Source: Endomicrobiia bacterium
GTDB lineage: Bacteria; Elusimicrobiota; Endomicrobiia; DTEH01
Length of the DNA stretch: 64,000 nt
Direction of reading: 5' to 3'
Assembly (NCBI GenBank): GCA_025060535.1
Contig: JANXCA010000001.1
Coordinates: 7,730 to 71,729, forward strand
Shown here: one piece after another, positions 1 to 11,501 of the stretch
Position numbering within the stretch: position 1 is the stretch's first letter
Layout: each line of letters begins with the position of its first letter
Program-made: the position numbers and the translations under genes
Notes under the pieces: generated by a model
What the model was told of the DNA's origin: nothing
What the model saw: only the letters and a program-made list of their open reading frames with translations
Database searches by the model: none

Positions 1-1022
1 TCCATAGCACGAACTATAACTCCATGTTTTAGAAGTTTTTGAAATACATCCCTACCTAAATAAGGAAAAACATCTATTAAAATAAAGTTAGCAGCAGAAG
101 GAATATACTTTAAAGAAATTTTTTCAAGTTCATTATATAAAAATCTTTTTTCTTTTATTATTAAATTTAAAGAGTTTTCTATATGCTCATCATCTTCTAA
201 AGCTTTTGATGCTATATATTGAGCAACCACAGAAACATTAAAGGGAGGTCTCACTCTGTCAAGTTCAGATACTATTTCTCTTCTTGAAATTCCAAAACCT
301 ACCCTTAAACCTGCAAGTCCATAGATTTTAGAGAAAGTTCTTAAAATTAAGAAATTAGGATATTTACTTCTAAGTTTCAAAGTATCAGGATAATCATTAT
401 GCAGTTTTGCATATTCATAATATGCCTCATCTATCACGACTATTGGATACAGTTTTTTATTGTTGAGATAATTCAAAAAATTAACTAATTCTTCGGTAGT
501 ATTATATGTACCAGTAGGATTATTAGGATTAGCAATAAATACTACTTTGGTTTTTTTATTTACTTTTTGTACCATTTTTTCTAAATCATGGGTATAATTT
601 TTCATAGGGACCTCAATCACTTCACAACCCATCAATTCTCCAGCCATTTTATATCTAATAAAAGCATGTTTTGAAACCACAATATTGCTTTCTTTTGACA
701 CATAAGTTTTTACTACAAGTTCAATAAGCTCATCTGTCCCTGCTCCAACAATAACCTCATCCACTGAAACTCCAAACTTTTTTGCTATCTTTTGGCGTAG
801 TATTAAACTTGAACCTTCAGGATATCTATGAAATACATTAGATAAATTTTTTAAAATTGGTTTAACCTTTTTAGAACATCCTAAAGGATTTTCATTAGAT
901 GCTAATTTGACAACATATTTTAATTTAAACTTTTCTTTTATTTCTTCTATAGGTCTACCTGGTATATAAGGCTGAAAATTTTTTATTTCTTTTCTTGGTA
1001 TAGGTTTTGTATTTTCATTCAT
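1..1022 (-). CDS. hisC: Histidinol-phosphate/aromatic aminotransferase (3' end runs off the window)
   Basis: Not in the ORF track. Translated by hand from ATG at 1022: MNENTKPIPRKEIKNFQPYIPGRPIEE...KLASNENPLG...RYP, with NPNNPTG, DEAYYEY and RTFSKIYGLAGLRVG motifs. Follows pheA. Confidence 0.92.
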   Translation of the reverse strand, partial: MNENTKPIPRKEIKNFQPYIPGRPIEEIKEKFKLKYVVKLASNENPLGCSKKVKPILKNLSNVFHRYPEGSSLILRQKIAKKFGVSVDEVIVGAGTDELIELVVKTYVSKESNIVVSKHAFIRYKMAGELMGCEVIEVPMKNYTHDLEKMVQKVNKKTKVVFIANPNNPTGTYNTTEELVNFLNYLNNKKLYPIVVIDEAYYEYAKLHNDYPDTLKLRSKYPNFLILRTFSKIYGLAGLRVGFGISRREIVSELDRVRPPFNVSVVAQYIASKALEDDEHIENSLNLIIKEKRFLYNELEKISLKYIPSAANFILIDVFPYLGRDVFQKLLKHGVIVRAM

Positions 1023-1036
1023 AAAAGTTTATATAT

Positions 1037-2104
1037 TTAATCTGCTTTAGGATAAGAACCCAAAAATTTATAATAAACACATAGTTTTTCAAGTTCTTTA
1101 ATTGCTTTTTTTACTCTTTTATCCTCTATGTGACCTAAAAAGTCAACAAAAAATACATACTCCCAAGGTCTTTGTCTAGAAGGTCTCGATTCAATTTTTG
1201 TTAAATTAATGCCGTATTTTTTAAATGGAGCCAAAGCATCATGTAAAACTCCCACTCTATCTTTAAGAGAAAACATTATGGATGTTTTATCTTTACCAGA
1301 ATTTGGAATTTTATGTTTTCCTATTACAATAAACCTTGTATAGTTGTTTTCTAAATCTTGAATATTTTTGGCTAAAATTTTTAAATTATATAATCTTGCA
1401 GAAATTTCTGCAGAAATAGCTGCTGAATTTTTTTTATTAGATGCTATCTTTGCAGCTTCAGCTGTAGAGGATACCTCATAAATTTTAACTTCATGTAATT
1501 TTGTATTTATAAAATTTTTACATTGAGCTAATGCTTGTGGATGAGAATACAAGTATTTTATTTCTGCAAGGGATTTTTCTTTAGATACTAAACAATGTGA
1601 AATTTTCATATTAACTTCACCACATATATATAAATCACATTCTAAAAACATATCTAAAGTGTGAGATACTATTCCCTCAGTTGTATTTTCTACAGGCACT
1701 ACTCCAAATTCCGTTTCATTTTTTTCTACACTATAAAATACATCATTTATTGTTTCTTTAGAAATGTAATAATTTTTATTTCCAAAAACTTTAATAGCTG
1801 CAAGATGAGTAAAAGTTCCCTCTGGACCTAAATATGAAATATAAAACTTTTTCTGTTGATATCTACATACCTGAATTATTGCAGAAAAAACCTCCTTTAT
1901 ATCAGAACTATCCAATGGGCCTTTATTTAATCTAATTATTCTTTCTAATATTTCTTTTTCTCTTTCAGGAGAATATATACTATATCCCTTATTAATTTTA
2001 ATAAATCCAATTTTTTTGGCAATCTTTGCTCTTTCATTTAAAAGTTTTAGTAATTTATTATCAATCTGATTAATTTTTTCTCTTAATTTTTCTATCTTTT
2101 CCAT
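1037..2104 (-). CDS. pheA: Chorismate mutase/prephenate dehydratase (P-protein)
   Basis: N-terminal AroQ chorismate mutase domain, LGPEGTF, PVENTTEG, NYTRF, and an ACT domain with LTKIESRP. Confidence 0.97.
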   Translation of the reverse strand: MEKIEKLREKINQIDNKLLKLLNERAKIAKKIGFIKINKGYSIYSPEREKEILERIIRLNKGPLDSSDIKEVFSAIIQVCRYQQKKFYISYLGPEGTFTHLAAIKVFGNKNYYISKETINDVFYSVEKNETEFGVVPVENTTEGIVSHTLDMFLECDLYICGEVNMKISHCLVSKEKSLAEIKYLYSHPQALAQCKNFINTKLHEVKIYEVSSTAEAAKIASNKKNSAAISAEISARLYNLKILAKNIQDLENNYTRFIVIGKHKIPNSGKDKTSIMFSLKDRVGVLHDALAPFKKYGINLTKIESRPSRQRPWEYVFFVDFLGHIEDKRVKKAIKELEKLCVYYKFLGSYPKAD

Positions 2105-2157
2105 AAATTTTTGTTTTATAAAAATTATAAAAATTTTACAATACTTAATAAATTATT

Positions 2158-3277
2158 TTAATTCTTTTTCATTTTTTTTATATTCTCCAAATAAGCTTCA
2201 ATAAAAACATCTATCTCTCCATCCATTACAGCTTCAACATTAGTAACTTCTACTCCAGTTACATGGTCTTTTACAAGTTGATATGGCATAAAAATATAAG
2301 ATCTTGTTTGTCTTCCCCATCCTATTTCTCCTTTTTGAATTCTTTCTTTCTTTTTTTCTAAATTTTGCTGTTGCTGTCTTAATTTATATAATTTAGACTT
2401 CAATATTTTTAAAGCTGTCATTTTATTTTTTAACTGCGATCTTTCTGTTTGACACTGAACAGTAATCCCTGTAGGTATGTGTGTTATTCTAACTGCTGAT
2501 TCTGTTTTTTGAAGATGCTGACCGCCATGACCAGAAGCACGAAAAGTTTCTATCTTTAAATCTTTTTCATCAATCTCTATCTCCTTTTCTTCAACTTCTG
2601 GAGAAACATCACAACTTGCAAAAGAGGTATGTCTTCTTTTGTTAGCATCAAATGGAGAAATACGTACCAACCGGTGCACTCCTTCTTCTGCTTTTAATAA
2701 TCCATATGCATATCTACCTTTTACTATAAATGTAACACTTCTTATACCTGCTTCTTCACCTTTAGACATATCAACTATTTCTACTTCAAATTTTTTTTTA
2801 ACCGCCCATCTAGAATACATTCTAAACAACATTTCTACCCAATCACAAGCTTCTGTTCCACCAGCTCCAGCGTGTAAAGTTAAAATAGCATTAGATTCAT
2901 CATGTGGCAAATTTAAAAAAATTTGTAATCTAAGATCAGTTATAATTTTTTCAAGTTCATTTAATCTTAAATAAAATTCATTATTAAGATAAGTATCTTC
3001 TGAATAGCTTTTTGACAATTCTAAAATTGTTTCTATTTCTGAAACTAATGAGTTGACTTTTGAAAAAATCTCAATATCATTTTTTATCTGTTGGAGGGTT
3101 TTTACTATATTTATTCTTTCCTGCTGAGAAGAAGAACTCCATAAATTATTATCTGAAAGTTTTGATTCTAACTCTATTAAGAGTTTCTGTTTATTTTTTA
3201 TGTCAAAGAAATTCTCCTATTTTATTTACTTCGGCAGATAATTTTTTATATTTCTCAACCAATTCAGAATTAAGCAT
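2158..3277 (-). CDS. prfB: Peptide chain release factor 2, with programmed +1 frameshift (join 3277..3206, 3204..2158; 372 aa)
   Basis: SPF and GGQ motifs. A 24-codon upstream ORF from ATG 3277 ends in CTT TGA C, and the +1 frame is open and continuous with ORF 2158..3018. Confidence 0.96.
3202..3218 (-). promoter_or_regulatory. RF2 +1 frameshift cassette (internal SD plus CTT TGA C)
   Basis: Minus strand reads AGGAGAATTT CTT TGA C. Confidence 0.93.
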
Positions 3278-3311
3278 ATTCTTACCTTTTAAAAAACTTC
3301 ATATATTTTCT

Positions 3312-3394
3312 TGCCCAGGGCGGGATTTGAACCCGCACGCCTCTACGGCATACGCCCCTCAAACGTACGTGTCTGCCAATTCCACCACCTGGGC
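3312..3394 (-). tRNA. tRNA-Leu(GAG), CCA not encoded
   Basis: GCCCAGG/CCTGGGC acceptor stem, D-loop GG, anticodon arm TACGT-TTGAGGG-GCGTA, long variable arm, GGTTCAAATCC T-arm. Conserved position downstream of secG. Confidence 0.97.
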
Positions 3395-3421
3395 AAAAAA
3401 CTAAGATAGTATAAAAGTTTC

Positions 3422-3673
3422 TTATCTTACAACTGATTCTAAACCAGTACGAGAAGACACTATTGTTAACAAAATAGTGGTACAAACAAAAATTATGGCA
3501 AGAACTATAGTGGTCTTTTTAAGAAACATAGAACCAGAAGATGTAGAAAAAATCTGATCTATACCACCACCAAATATTCCGCCTATTCCACCAGCTTGTC
3601 CAAGTTGAAGTAATATAGTAATGATAAGCAAAATACACACTAATATATGTAATATATATAAGATGGTATACAT
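3422..3673 (-). CDS. secG: Preprotein translocase subunit SecG
   Basis: Two TM helices around a Gly-rich LLQ-G-GG loop, FLKKTT; lies between pgk and tRNA-Leu. Confidence 0.93.
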   Translation of the reverse strand: MYTILYILHILVCILLIITILLQLGQAGGIGGIFGGGIDQIFSTSSGSMFLKKTTIVLAIIFVCTTILLTIVSSRTGLESVVR

Positions 3674-3693
3674 AAAAATACTCCCACAAAATA

Positions 3694-4899
3694 TTACTTA
3701 TTTTGTAAAACATCAATTCCAGGTAAAACTTTTCCCTCTAAAAGCTCTAAAGATGCTCCACCCCCTGTAGAAACATGAGAAAATTTATTTTCTAAATTAA
3801 ATTTTTTTATAGCAGCCACAGAATCACCACCACCTACCACACTTATACAACCTTTATCTGTAGCTTCAGCTATCAACTGAGCTACTTTTTTTGTTCCCGA
3901 TGAAAATTTTTCTATTTCAAATACTCCCATAGGTCCATTCCAAACTATAGTTTTAGCATTTGATATAATATTAGAAATTCTTTTAATTGTATTTTCACCA
4001 ATGTCTACTCCTAAATAACCTTCTGGGATATCTACGTTATCTATGTATTTTATTTCTGCATTTTCGTCTATCTTTGTTGCTACTATATGATCTATTGGCA
4101 ACAATATATCTACATTTTTTTGCTCTGCTTTTTTAAGAATGTCTCTTGCTAAGTCTAATTTATCACTTTCTACTAATGAGTTTCCTATAGAAATTCCTCT
4201 AGATAACAAAAATGTATAAGCCATAGCTCCACCTATAATAATCACATTTACCTTATCAAGGAGATTCTCAATTACTCCAATTTTATCTGAAACTTTTGCC
4301 CCTCCAAGTATAGCTACAAATGGTCTTTCTGGATTTGTAAGAATTTTATTAAAATAACTAATCTCTTTCTCAACCAAAAAACCACATACAGCAGGCAAAA
4401 ATTCAGCAACTGCATAGGTAGAAGTATGAGCCCTATGAACAGAACCAAATGCATCTTGCACAAACACAGCATCCTCTCCTACAAGTGAAACTAATTCTTT
4501 TGCAAATTCTCTGTCATTTTTTTCTTCCCTCGGATCAAATCTAATATTTTCCAACAACATAATTTCTCCATTTTTTAAATTTTTAGCTAACTCTTTTGTT
4601 TTTTCGTCGACAATACCTTCTGCCATTATCACAGGACGATTAATTAACTGTTGAAGTCTCTTTGCAACTGGTTTCAATGAGTATTTTGGATCTGGCTTAC
4701 CTTTTGGTCGACCTAGATGACTCATCATAACTATAGCACAATTCTGTTGAAGTAGGTAATTCAAAGTAGGAAGCGATTCTTTTATTCTTGTATCATCACT
4801 CACTTCACCATTTTCATCGATAGGAACATTATAATCAACTCTAATTAAAACTTTTTTATTCCTAATATCAATATCTTTTATTGATTTCTTATTCATCAT
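3694..4899 (-). CDS. pgk: Phosphoglycerate kinase
   Basis: RVDYNVP, SHLGRP, LLENIRF, GGAKVSDK, HVSTGGGASLE; SD GGAGG. Confidence 0.98.
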   Translation of the reverse strand: MMNKKSIKDIDIRNKKVLIRVDYNVPIDENGEVSDDTRIKESLPTLNYLLQQNCAIVMMSHLGRPKGKPDPKYSLKPVAKRLQQLINRPVIMAEGIVDEKTKELAKNLKNGEIMLLENIRFDPREEKNDREFAKELVSLVGEDAVFVQDAFGSVHRAHTSTYAVAEFLPAVCGFLVEKEISYFNKILTNPERPFVAILGGAKVSDKIGVIENLLDKVNVIIIGGAMAYTFLLSRGISIGNSLVESDKLDLARDILKKAEQKNVDILLPIDHIVATKIDENAEIKYIDNVDIPEGYLGVDIGENTIKRISNIISNAKTIVWNGPMGVFEIEKFSSGTKKVAQLIAEATDKGCISVVGGGDSVAAIKKFNLENKFSHVSTGGGASLELLEGKVLPGIDVLQNK

Positions 4900-4911
4900 A
4901 AAAACCTCCCA

Positions 4912-5979
<1,068 letters not shown>

Positions 5980-6236
5980 TTAGTTTATTTATGTGAGGTT
6001 AAAATTTTAGAAATTAAATATAAAAATATTTTTAAAAATACAAGATAAGAAAAAATTTTATTTCATTAATTATTATTCCTTAAAAAATCTCTATCCTATA
6101 ATGAGCACAAGCCATTTTAAAAAAATTCAATCATAAAGACATATAAATAATAAATAAACGAAAAATTTTTATTTTCAAACATCACCACATCAAATATACA
6201 TATAATACATCTATTATCTACTAGAGTACTAAGACC

Positions 6237-7226
6237 TTACAACCATTTATTTTCTTTATACCACATATATGTTTCGAATAACCCTTCTATAAGAGGAGTA
6301 TATTTGAAGTTTATATATTTTAAAATTTTATCACTACAACATCCCCAATAACTATAAGAAAGTTCTTTTAATTTGTCTCTATTGAAAACAGCTGGCTTTT
6401 TGGATAAAAGATAAGTTATTTTTTCATTCAAAAATGCATATAAATATGCTATACTGTAAGGAAGTTTTATAAGTAGAATTTTTTTATTATTAATCTTAGA
6501 AAGTATATCTCTAATTTCAAAAACATTATAACATTTTTCTTCAGCAATAAAAAATACATCGGAGTTTATTTTTTCAAAATTTTTTAAGATTTCTTTTACT
6601 ATTCTTATTATATCTTTTATATACGTAAACTGAATACTAAAATTTTTAGCGAAATAAGGAAAAAAACCCATGCTTGCCATTTTGAAATATAAAAACATAT
6701 CTTTGTCATATGGTCCATAAACTGCTGATGGTCTTAACACCACTGTTTTTATCACATCTTTACATTTTAAAATTTCTTTTTCTGCTAAAAATTTACTTTT
6801 TCCATAATAAGAAACAGGAGTTTCAAAACCCACTTGTTTTGGTAAACCATTTAAAGATGGACCTGCAGCTGCTAAAGAAGAAAAATAAATTATACCTTTT
6901 AGATTCTTTCCATGCTCAAAAATTACCTCCACAAGATTTTTTGTTCCTTGATAATTTACTTGAAAATAAGTCTTATTATCTACACATCTTAAAACAGCTG
7001 CAGTATGAATAATTATATCACAATTTTTTATCGGCTCTATAAGAGAATTTTTTTCTCTTATATCACCATAGAATACTTTTGTTTTATGAATAACCGAAGA
7101 TATCCTCTGAATGTTGCTTGTTTTTCTTATCAATAGATTTAATTCATAATCATCTATCAATTCTTTTACCAAACTACTGCCTATAAAACCATTTGCTCCT
7201 GTTATAAGAATTTTCATTTTTGACAT
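6237..7226 (-). CDS. NAD-dependent epimerase/dehydratase family protein (extended SDR); start may be 7217
   Basis: ITGANGFIG, YGKSK (YxxxK), LRPSAVYGP. Confidence 0.88.
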   Translation of the reverse strand: MSKMKILITGANGFIGSSLVKELIDDYELNLLIRKTSNIQRISSVIHKTKVFYGDIREKNSLIEPIKNCDIIIHTAAVLRCVDNKTYFQVNYQGTKNLVEVIFEHGKNLKGIIYFSSLAAAGPSLNGLPKQVGFETPVSYYGKSKFLAEKEILKCKDVIKTVVLRPSAVYGPYDKDMFLYFKMASMGFFPYFAKNFSIQFTYIKDIIRIVKEILKNFEKINSDVFFIAEEKCYNVFEIRDILSKINNKKILLIKLPYSIAYLYAFLNEKITYLLSKKPAVFNRDKLKELSYSYWGCCSDKILKYINFKYTPLIEGLFETYMWYKENKWL

Positions 7227-7660
7227 TTCAACTCAAATAATATAGATTCTATTTCTGTTTCTTCAAATCCTCTTGTTAATAAAAATTTATATATTCTATA
7301 TTCTTCAAAATCTTTAAATTTTTTTTCAACAAATTTTTTAACAATTTCAAATTGAAGTTTTTTATAAAAAGAAAAATCTATATCTTCTAAATTTCTTTTG
7401 TCAATTTTAAAATTCTCTTTTAATTCTTTAAGTATTAATGACAAAGGTTTTAACTTTTTAATTTTTGATTCTATATAATTAGTAATAAATTTTTTCTCAT
7501 TCAAATATAGATTATTTTTCAGTTTATCTATAACTTTTAAAATGACATTTTGAGAAAAACCTTTCTGAATAAGTTTTTGTTTTAATTCGTATTCTGACCT
7601 ATCGCGTATTTTAAGTAACTTACAACTATACTCATAAGCTTCTTGGAAAACATTTTTCAT
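7214..7660 (-). CDS. recX: Regulatory protein RecX
   Basis: LLKIRDRSEYELKQKL, YLNE, C-terminal FLLTRGF. Confidence 0.85.
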   Translation of the reverse strand: MKNVFQEAYEYSCKLLKIRDRSEYELKQKLIQKGFSQNVILKVIDKLKNNLYLNEKKFITNYIESKIKKLKPLSLILKELKENFKIDKRNLEDIDFSFYKKLQFEIVKKFVEKKFKDFEEYRIYKFLLTRGFEETEIESILFELKCQK

Positions 7661-7666
7661 ACCACA

Positions 7667-8881
7667 TCATGTTTTATACATTGAGTTAATCTCAACATAT
7701 TTAGTAGAAAGATCTGTAGTATAAAAAACAAAAGGATCAGAATTTTTATTTTTACCTAAATCAATTATAACTTCATAATAATTTTTTTTCATTTCTTTAC
7801 TTACATCTTCATCAGAAATAAAATTACTGTTACCATTTTTTACTACTTGATATCTACCTATCCAAATGTTAACTTTATCTATTCTAAAATTAACTCCACT
7901 TCTACCACAAGCCGACAAAATCCTTCCCCAGTTAGGATCTCCTCCATAAAACGCTGTCTTCACAAGTAAAGAATTTGCTACTGTATTAGATATAATTTTT
8001 GCTTCTTTAACATTACAATTTTTTATAACAATTTTTATGACCTTTGTAACACCTTCCCCATCAAAGAGTAATTTGAGGATCATTTCTTTACATATATTTT
8101 CTATATATTCTTCTATCATATTTAATTCTTTCTTATTTAATTTGTCACCCAAACAATTATTAGAAACAAAAAAAATAGTATCATTTGGTGAAGTATCACC
8201 ATCTATTGAAAAAGAATTAAAATGAGGAATGATAATTTTATACATAATTTGTGACATTTGAGATCTAGAAAAAGCTATATCAGTAAGTAAAAAAACTAAC
8301 ATTGTAGCAGAAGGTTTGTACAGTTCTAACTGTGGAGCTATCATTCCAGAACCTTTTGCTATACACAAAAGAGTTTTCTTTTTATTTTTAACTTTCACTT
8401 CTTTGTAGACAACCTTATATCTTGTATCTGTTGTCATTATTGCAGTAGCAAAATTAATAATAGAGTTTTTATCCGAAGATAAACCTGAGATTAAATTACT
8501 TAAATTAAAAATTATTTTATTTTTTGGAAGAGGCTCCCCTATAACTCCAGTTGAAGCGATTAAAACTTCTTCAGAGTTAATTTTTAATTTCTTAGCTAAC
8601 TGATTACAAATTTCTTCAGTATCTTTTAAACCATTTTTTCCACAAGCTGTATTAGCACATCCAGAATTTACTATTATGCATCTTACCTTGTTACTACTTT
8701 CTTTAAGATGTTTCTGAGAAATAATAATAGAGTTTGATTTTAACAAATTTTTAGTAAACGCGGCAACACATAACATTGGCTTTTCAAAAAAAATTAATCC
8801 TAAATCTAATCCCTTCTTTTTAATCCCAGAACTGATACCACTAAATTTATAACCTTTGGGTGCTTTCATTTGGAATCTCAA
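7667..8881 (-). CDS. argJ: Ornithine acetyltransferase/N-acetylglutamate synthase (start probably 8869)
   Basis: STGVIG, AIMTTDT, KGSGMI...ATML, DGEGVTK, DPNWGRI. Confidence 0.95.
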   Translation of the reverse strand: MRFQMKAPKGYKFSGISSGIKKKGLDLGLIFFEKPMLCVAAFTKNLLKSNSIIISQKHLKESSNKVRCIIVNSGCANTACGKNGLKDTEEICNQLAKKLKINSEEVLIASTGVIGEPLPKNKIIFNLSNLISGLSSDKNSIINFATAIMTTDTRYKVVYKEVKVKNKKKTLLCIAKGSGMIAPQLELYKPSATMLVFLLTDIAFSRSQMSQIMYKIIIPHFNSFSIDGDTSPNDTIFFVSNNCLGDKLNKKELNMIEEYIENICKEMILKLLFDGEGVTKVIKIVIKNCNVKEAKIISNTVANSLLVKTAFYGGDPNWGRILSACGRSGVNFRIDKVNIWIGRYQVVKNGNSNFISDEDVSKEMKKNYYEVIIDLGKNKNSDPFVFYTTDLSTKYVEINSMYKT

Positions 8882-8885
8882 AAAT

Positions 8886-9944
8886 TCAATTAATTAATCC
8901 ATCTTTTTCATCAAAGCCAAACATTATATTCATATTTTGTACTGCTTGACCAACAGCTCCTTTTATTAAATTATCTATTGCTACAAAAATTTTAATCCAA
9001 TTCTTCTCTTGAGCAAAAGAAATATCACAAAAGTTTGTCTTTATAACACTTTTTGTTTGCGAAAGTGTACCTAACGGTAATACTCTTATAAACTGACATC
9101 CTTGATAATAACTTATATAATCTTGATAAACCTCTGAAAGTTTTAAGTTTTTATCCATAATTTTTAAATAAATAGTAGTAAGCATACCTTGATATTGAGG
9201 TACAACATATGGAGTAAACAAAAAATCTATATCTTTTTTGGTAATTTCATAAAGTTGTTCTTTTATCTCAGGAATATGTCTGTGTTTACCTTCTACATTA
9301 TAAGGATAGGTATTATTACCACCATAATTTTCATATTCCTCTACTAATTTTTTACCGCCTCCAGAATAACCACTCTTCGCATCAATTATAACTTCTCCAA
9401 CTTCATATTTTAAAATCAATGGTGTCAACCCTAAAATTATAGTTGTAGGATAACAACCGGGATTTGCCACAAAATCAGAAAGAGAAATTTTATGTTTCTT
9501 TTCTTGACTAATTTCAGGCAAGCCATAAATGAACTTATTAAGAATTTCTGGTATAATATGTTTAATACCATAAAATTTTTCATATAAAGATATATCCTTG
9601 ATTCTAAAATCAGCACTTAGATCTATTATTTTAGGTAAAGAATTTTCACCTAAAGTATATATCAAATCTTTTACAAACTCCATTGAAATTTTATGAGGTA
9701 AACATAAAAAAAGTAAATCTACATTAGTTCTTATAAGCTCCTTTAATGCTTTTTTATCAAATGTTGACAAAAAAATAACATCATTGTTAATGGAATACCT
9801 TTTTTTAAAAGTTTCATTTTCTTGTTCTGATTGAGAAGAACTTAGTAAATACTTAATTTCAACTTTGTTATGAGATAGTAGTATCTTTATCAACTCCGAT
9901 GCTGTAATTCCAGAATAACCAACTATACCTATTTTTTTCTTCAT
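8886..9944 (-). CDS. argC: N-acetyl-gamma-glutamyl-phosphate reductase
   Basis: DLSADFR, ANPGCYPT, HRHIPEI, DNLIKGAVGQAVQN. Confidence 0.96.
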   Translation of the reverse strand: MKKKIGIVGYSGITASELIKILLSHNKVEIKYLLSSSQSEQENETFKKRYSINNDVIFLSTFDKKALKELIRTNVDLLFLCLPHKISMEFVKDLIYTLGENSLPKIIDLSADFRIKDISLYEKFYGIKHIIPEILNKFIYGLPEISQEKKHKISLSDFVANPGCYPTTIILGLTPLILKYEVGEVIIDAKSGYSGGGKKLVEEYENYGGNNTYPYNVEGKHRHIPEIKEQLYEITKKDIDFLFTPYVVPQYQGMLTTIYLKIMDKNLKLSEVYQDYISYYQGCQFIRVLPLGTLSQTKSVIKTNFCDISFAQEKNWIKIFVAIDNLIKGAVGQAVQNMNIMFGFDEKDGLIN

Positions 9945-9945
9945 A

Positions 9946-10632
9946 TTAGTTATTATAAAGAACTACAACTATTTCTCCCCTAATTTCACCACTACAAATT
10001 CTTTCATATACACTTTTAATACTACCACGAATAAATTCCTCAAAAACCTTTGTAATTTCCCGAGCTAATACACACTTAGTATCTTGAGGAAAAATTGTAA
10101 CTAAAATTTCTAATGTCCTTTTTATCCTATGCGGAGATTCATAAAAAACAATAGTAACACCTTTTAGATTTTTTATGCTCTCAAATAACTTTCTAATTTT
10201 ACCTATTTTTTTAGGTATGAATCCTAAGAATAAAATTTTTTCTAAAGGTAAACCAGAACCAACTACTGCTCCAATAAATGCAGTAGGTCCTAAAATAGGT
10301 ACGACTTTTATTCCTTCTTCTACACATTCTTTTATTATCAGAAAACCTGGATCAGAAATTCCAGGTGTGCCACTATCAGAAACCAAAGCAACATTATGTC
10401 CTTGTTTTATATACGGAATTATTTCTTTAACTCTTTTTTCTTCTATATAAGTATAATAACTTTTAAGAGGTGTTTTAATATCATAATGAGAACATAATAT
10501 CTTTGTTCTTCTTGTATCTTCACAAAGAACTAAATCTACTGAAGATAAAACTTTTACTGCTCTATAAGTTATATCCTCTAAGTTCCCTATAGGAGTAGAA
10601 ACAATATAAAGAGTACCTGAATATGTTGACAT
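9946..10632 (-). CDS. rsmI: 16S rRNA C1402 2'-O-methyltransferase
   Basis: STPIGNLEDIT, CEDTR, SDSGTPGISDPG, YESPHR, AREITK. Confidence 0.96.
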   Translation of the reverse strand: MSTYSGTLYIVSTPIGNLEDITYRAVKVLSSVDLVLCEDTRRTKILCSHYDIKTPLKSYYTYIEEKRVKEIIPYIKQGHNVALVSDSGTPGISDPGFLIIKECVEEGIKVVPILGPTAFIGAVVGSGLPLEKILFLGFIPKKIGKIRKLFESIKNLKGVTIVFYESPHRIKRTLEILVTIFPQDTKCVLAREITKVFEEFIRGSIKSVYERICSGEIRGEIVVVLYNN

Positions 10633-11498
10633 TACAATTTAGTAATTTCTAAAGAAAAATCTATATCTTTTGCAGAATGAGTTATACACCCTATTGAGAC
10701 AAAATCTATGTCTAAAGATAAAAATTTTTTTATTTTCTTTTCATTAATTTTACCTGACACTTCTATTTTTGTATTAGGTAGTTGATTTCTTATAATTTTT
10801 ATTACTTTTTTTAGTTGTTTATATTTCCAATTATCTAACATAATGATATCAGGTTTAATCTTTAAAGCAAGTTTTAATTCTCTAAAATTATTACACTCCA
10901 CCTCAATATCAGAAGTATAATCTAAGCGTTGTCTTACTCTATATAAGATCTCTTCTATGGGGAGTTTATTTAACTCACACACCTTAATATGATTATCCTT
11001 TATTAACACCATATCATCAAGTTGAAATCTATGGTTTTTCCCTTTACCACAAAGAACCGCATATTTTTCAAGATATCTTAAACCCGGATGTGTTTTTCTA
11101 GTGTCATATATATCAAACTTTCCTTTAGACATTCTTACAAATTTATAAGTATAAGTAGCTATCCCACTAAGATGTTGTAAAAAATTTAACGCTACTCGCT
11201 CTCCAGTAAGAATTGCTCTTGCTGAACCTATAACATATGCTACCTCTTTATTAGGTTTAACTAATTCTCCATCAGAAACATTAGCACGCCAACAACAATT
11301 TTTATCTAACATTTTAAACACCTCTTTTGCTACAGGTAGGCCACATATTATCGATTTTTCTTTCACTATAATTTTTGCTGCTGCTTTTAAAGTTGGAGGT
11401 ATAATATTTTCAGTAGTGATGTCACCATCACCTATATCTTCTTCTAATGCAAGCTTTACTATTGATAAAATTTTTTTTCTGTCAAGTTTTATTTTCAT
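10632..11498 (-). CDS. nadC: Nicotinate-nucleotide diphosphorylase (carboxylating)
   Basis: EDIGDGDITT, GERVALN, DTRKT, LIKDNH, MLDN. Confidence 0.96.
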   Translation of the reverse strand: MKIKLDRKKILSIVKLALEEDIGDGDITTENIIPPTLKAAAKIIVKEKSIICGLPVAKEVFKMLDKNCCWRANVSDGELVKPNKEVAYVIGSARAILTGERVALNFLQHLSGIATYTYKFVRMSKGKFDIYDTRKTHPGLRYLEKYAVLCGKGKNHRFQLDDMVLIKDNHIKVCELNKLPIEEILYRVRQRLDYTSDIEVECNNFRELKLALKIKPDIIMLDNWKYKQLKKVIKIIRNQLPNTKIEVSGKINEKKIKKFLSLDIDFVSIGCITHSAKDIDFSLEITKL

Positions 11499-11501
11499 AA
11501 A

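Noticed and set aside
3060..3485. ORFs 3060..3404 (+) and 3282..3485 (-)
   Set aside because: They overlap the prfB 5' segment, tRNA-Leu and secG; these are shadow ORFs.
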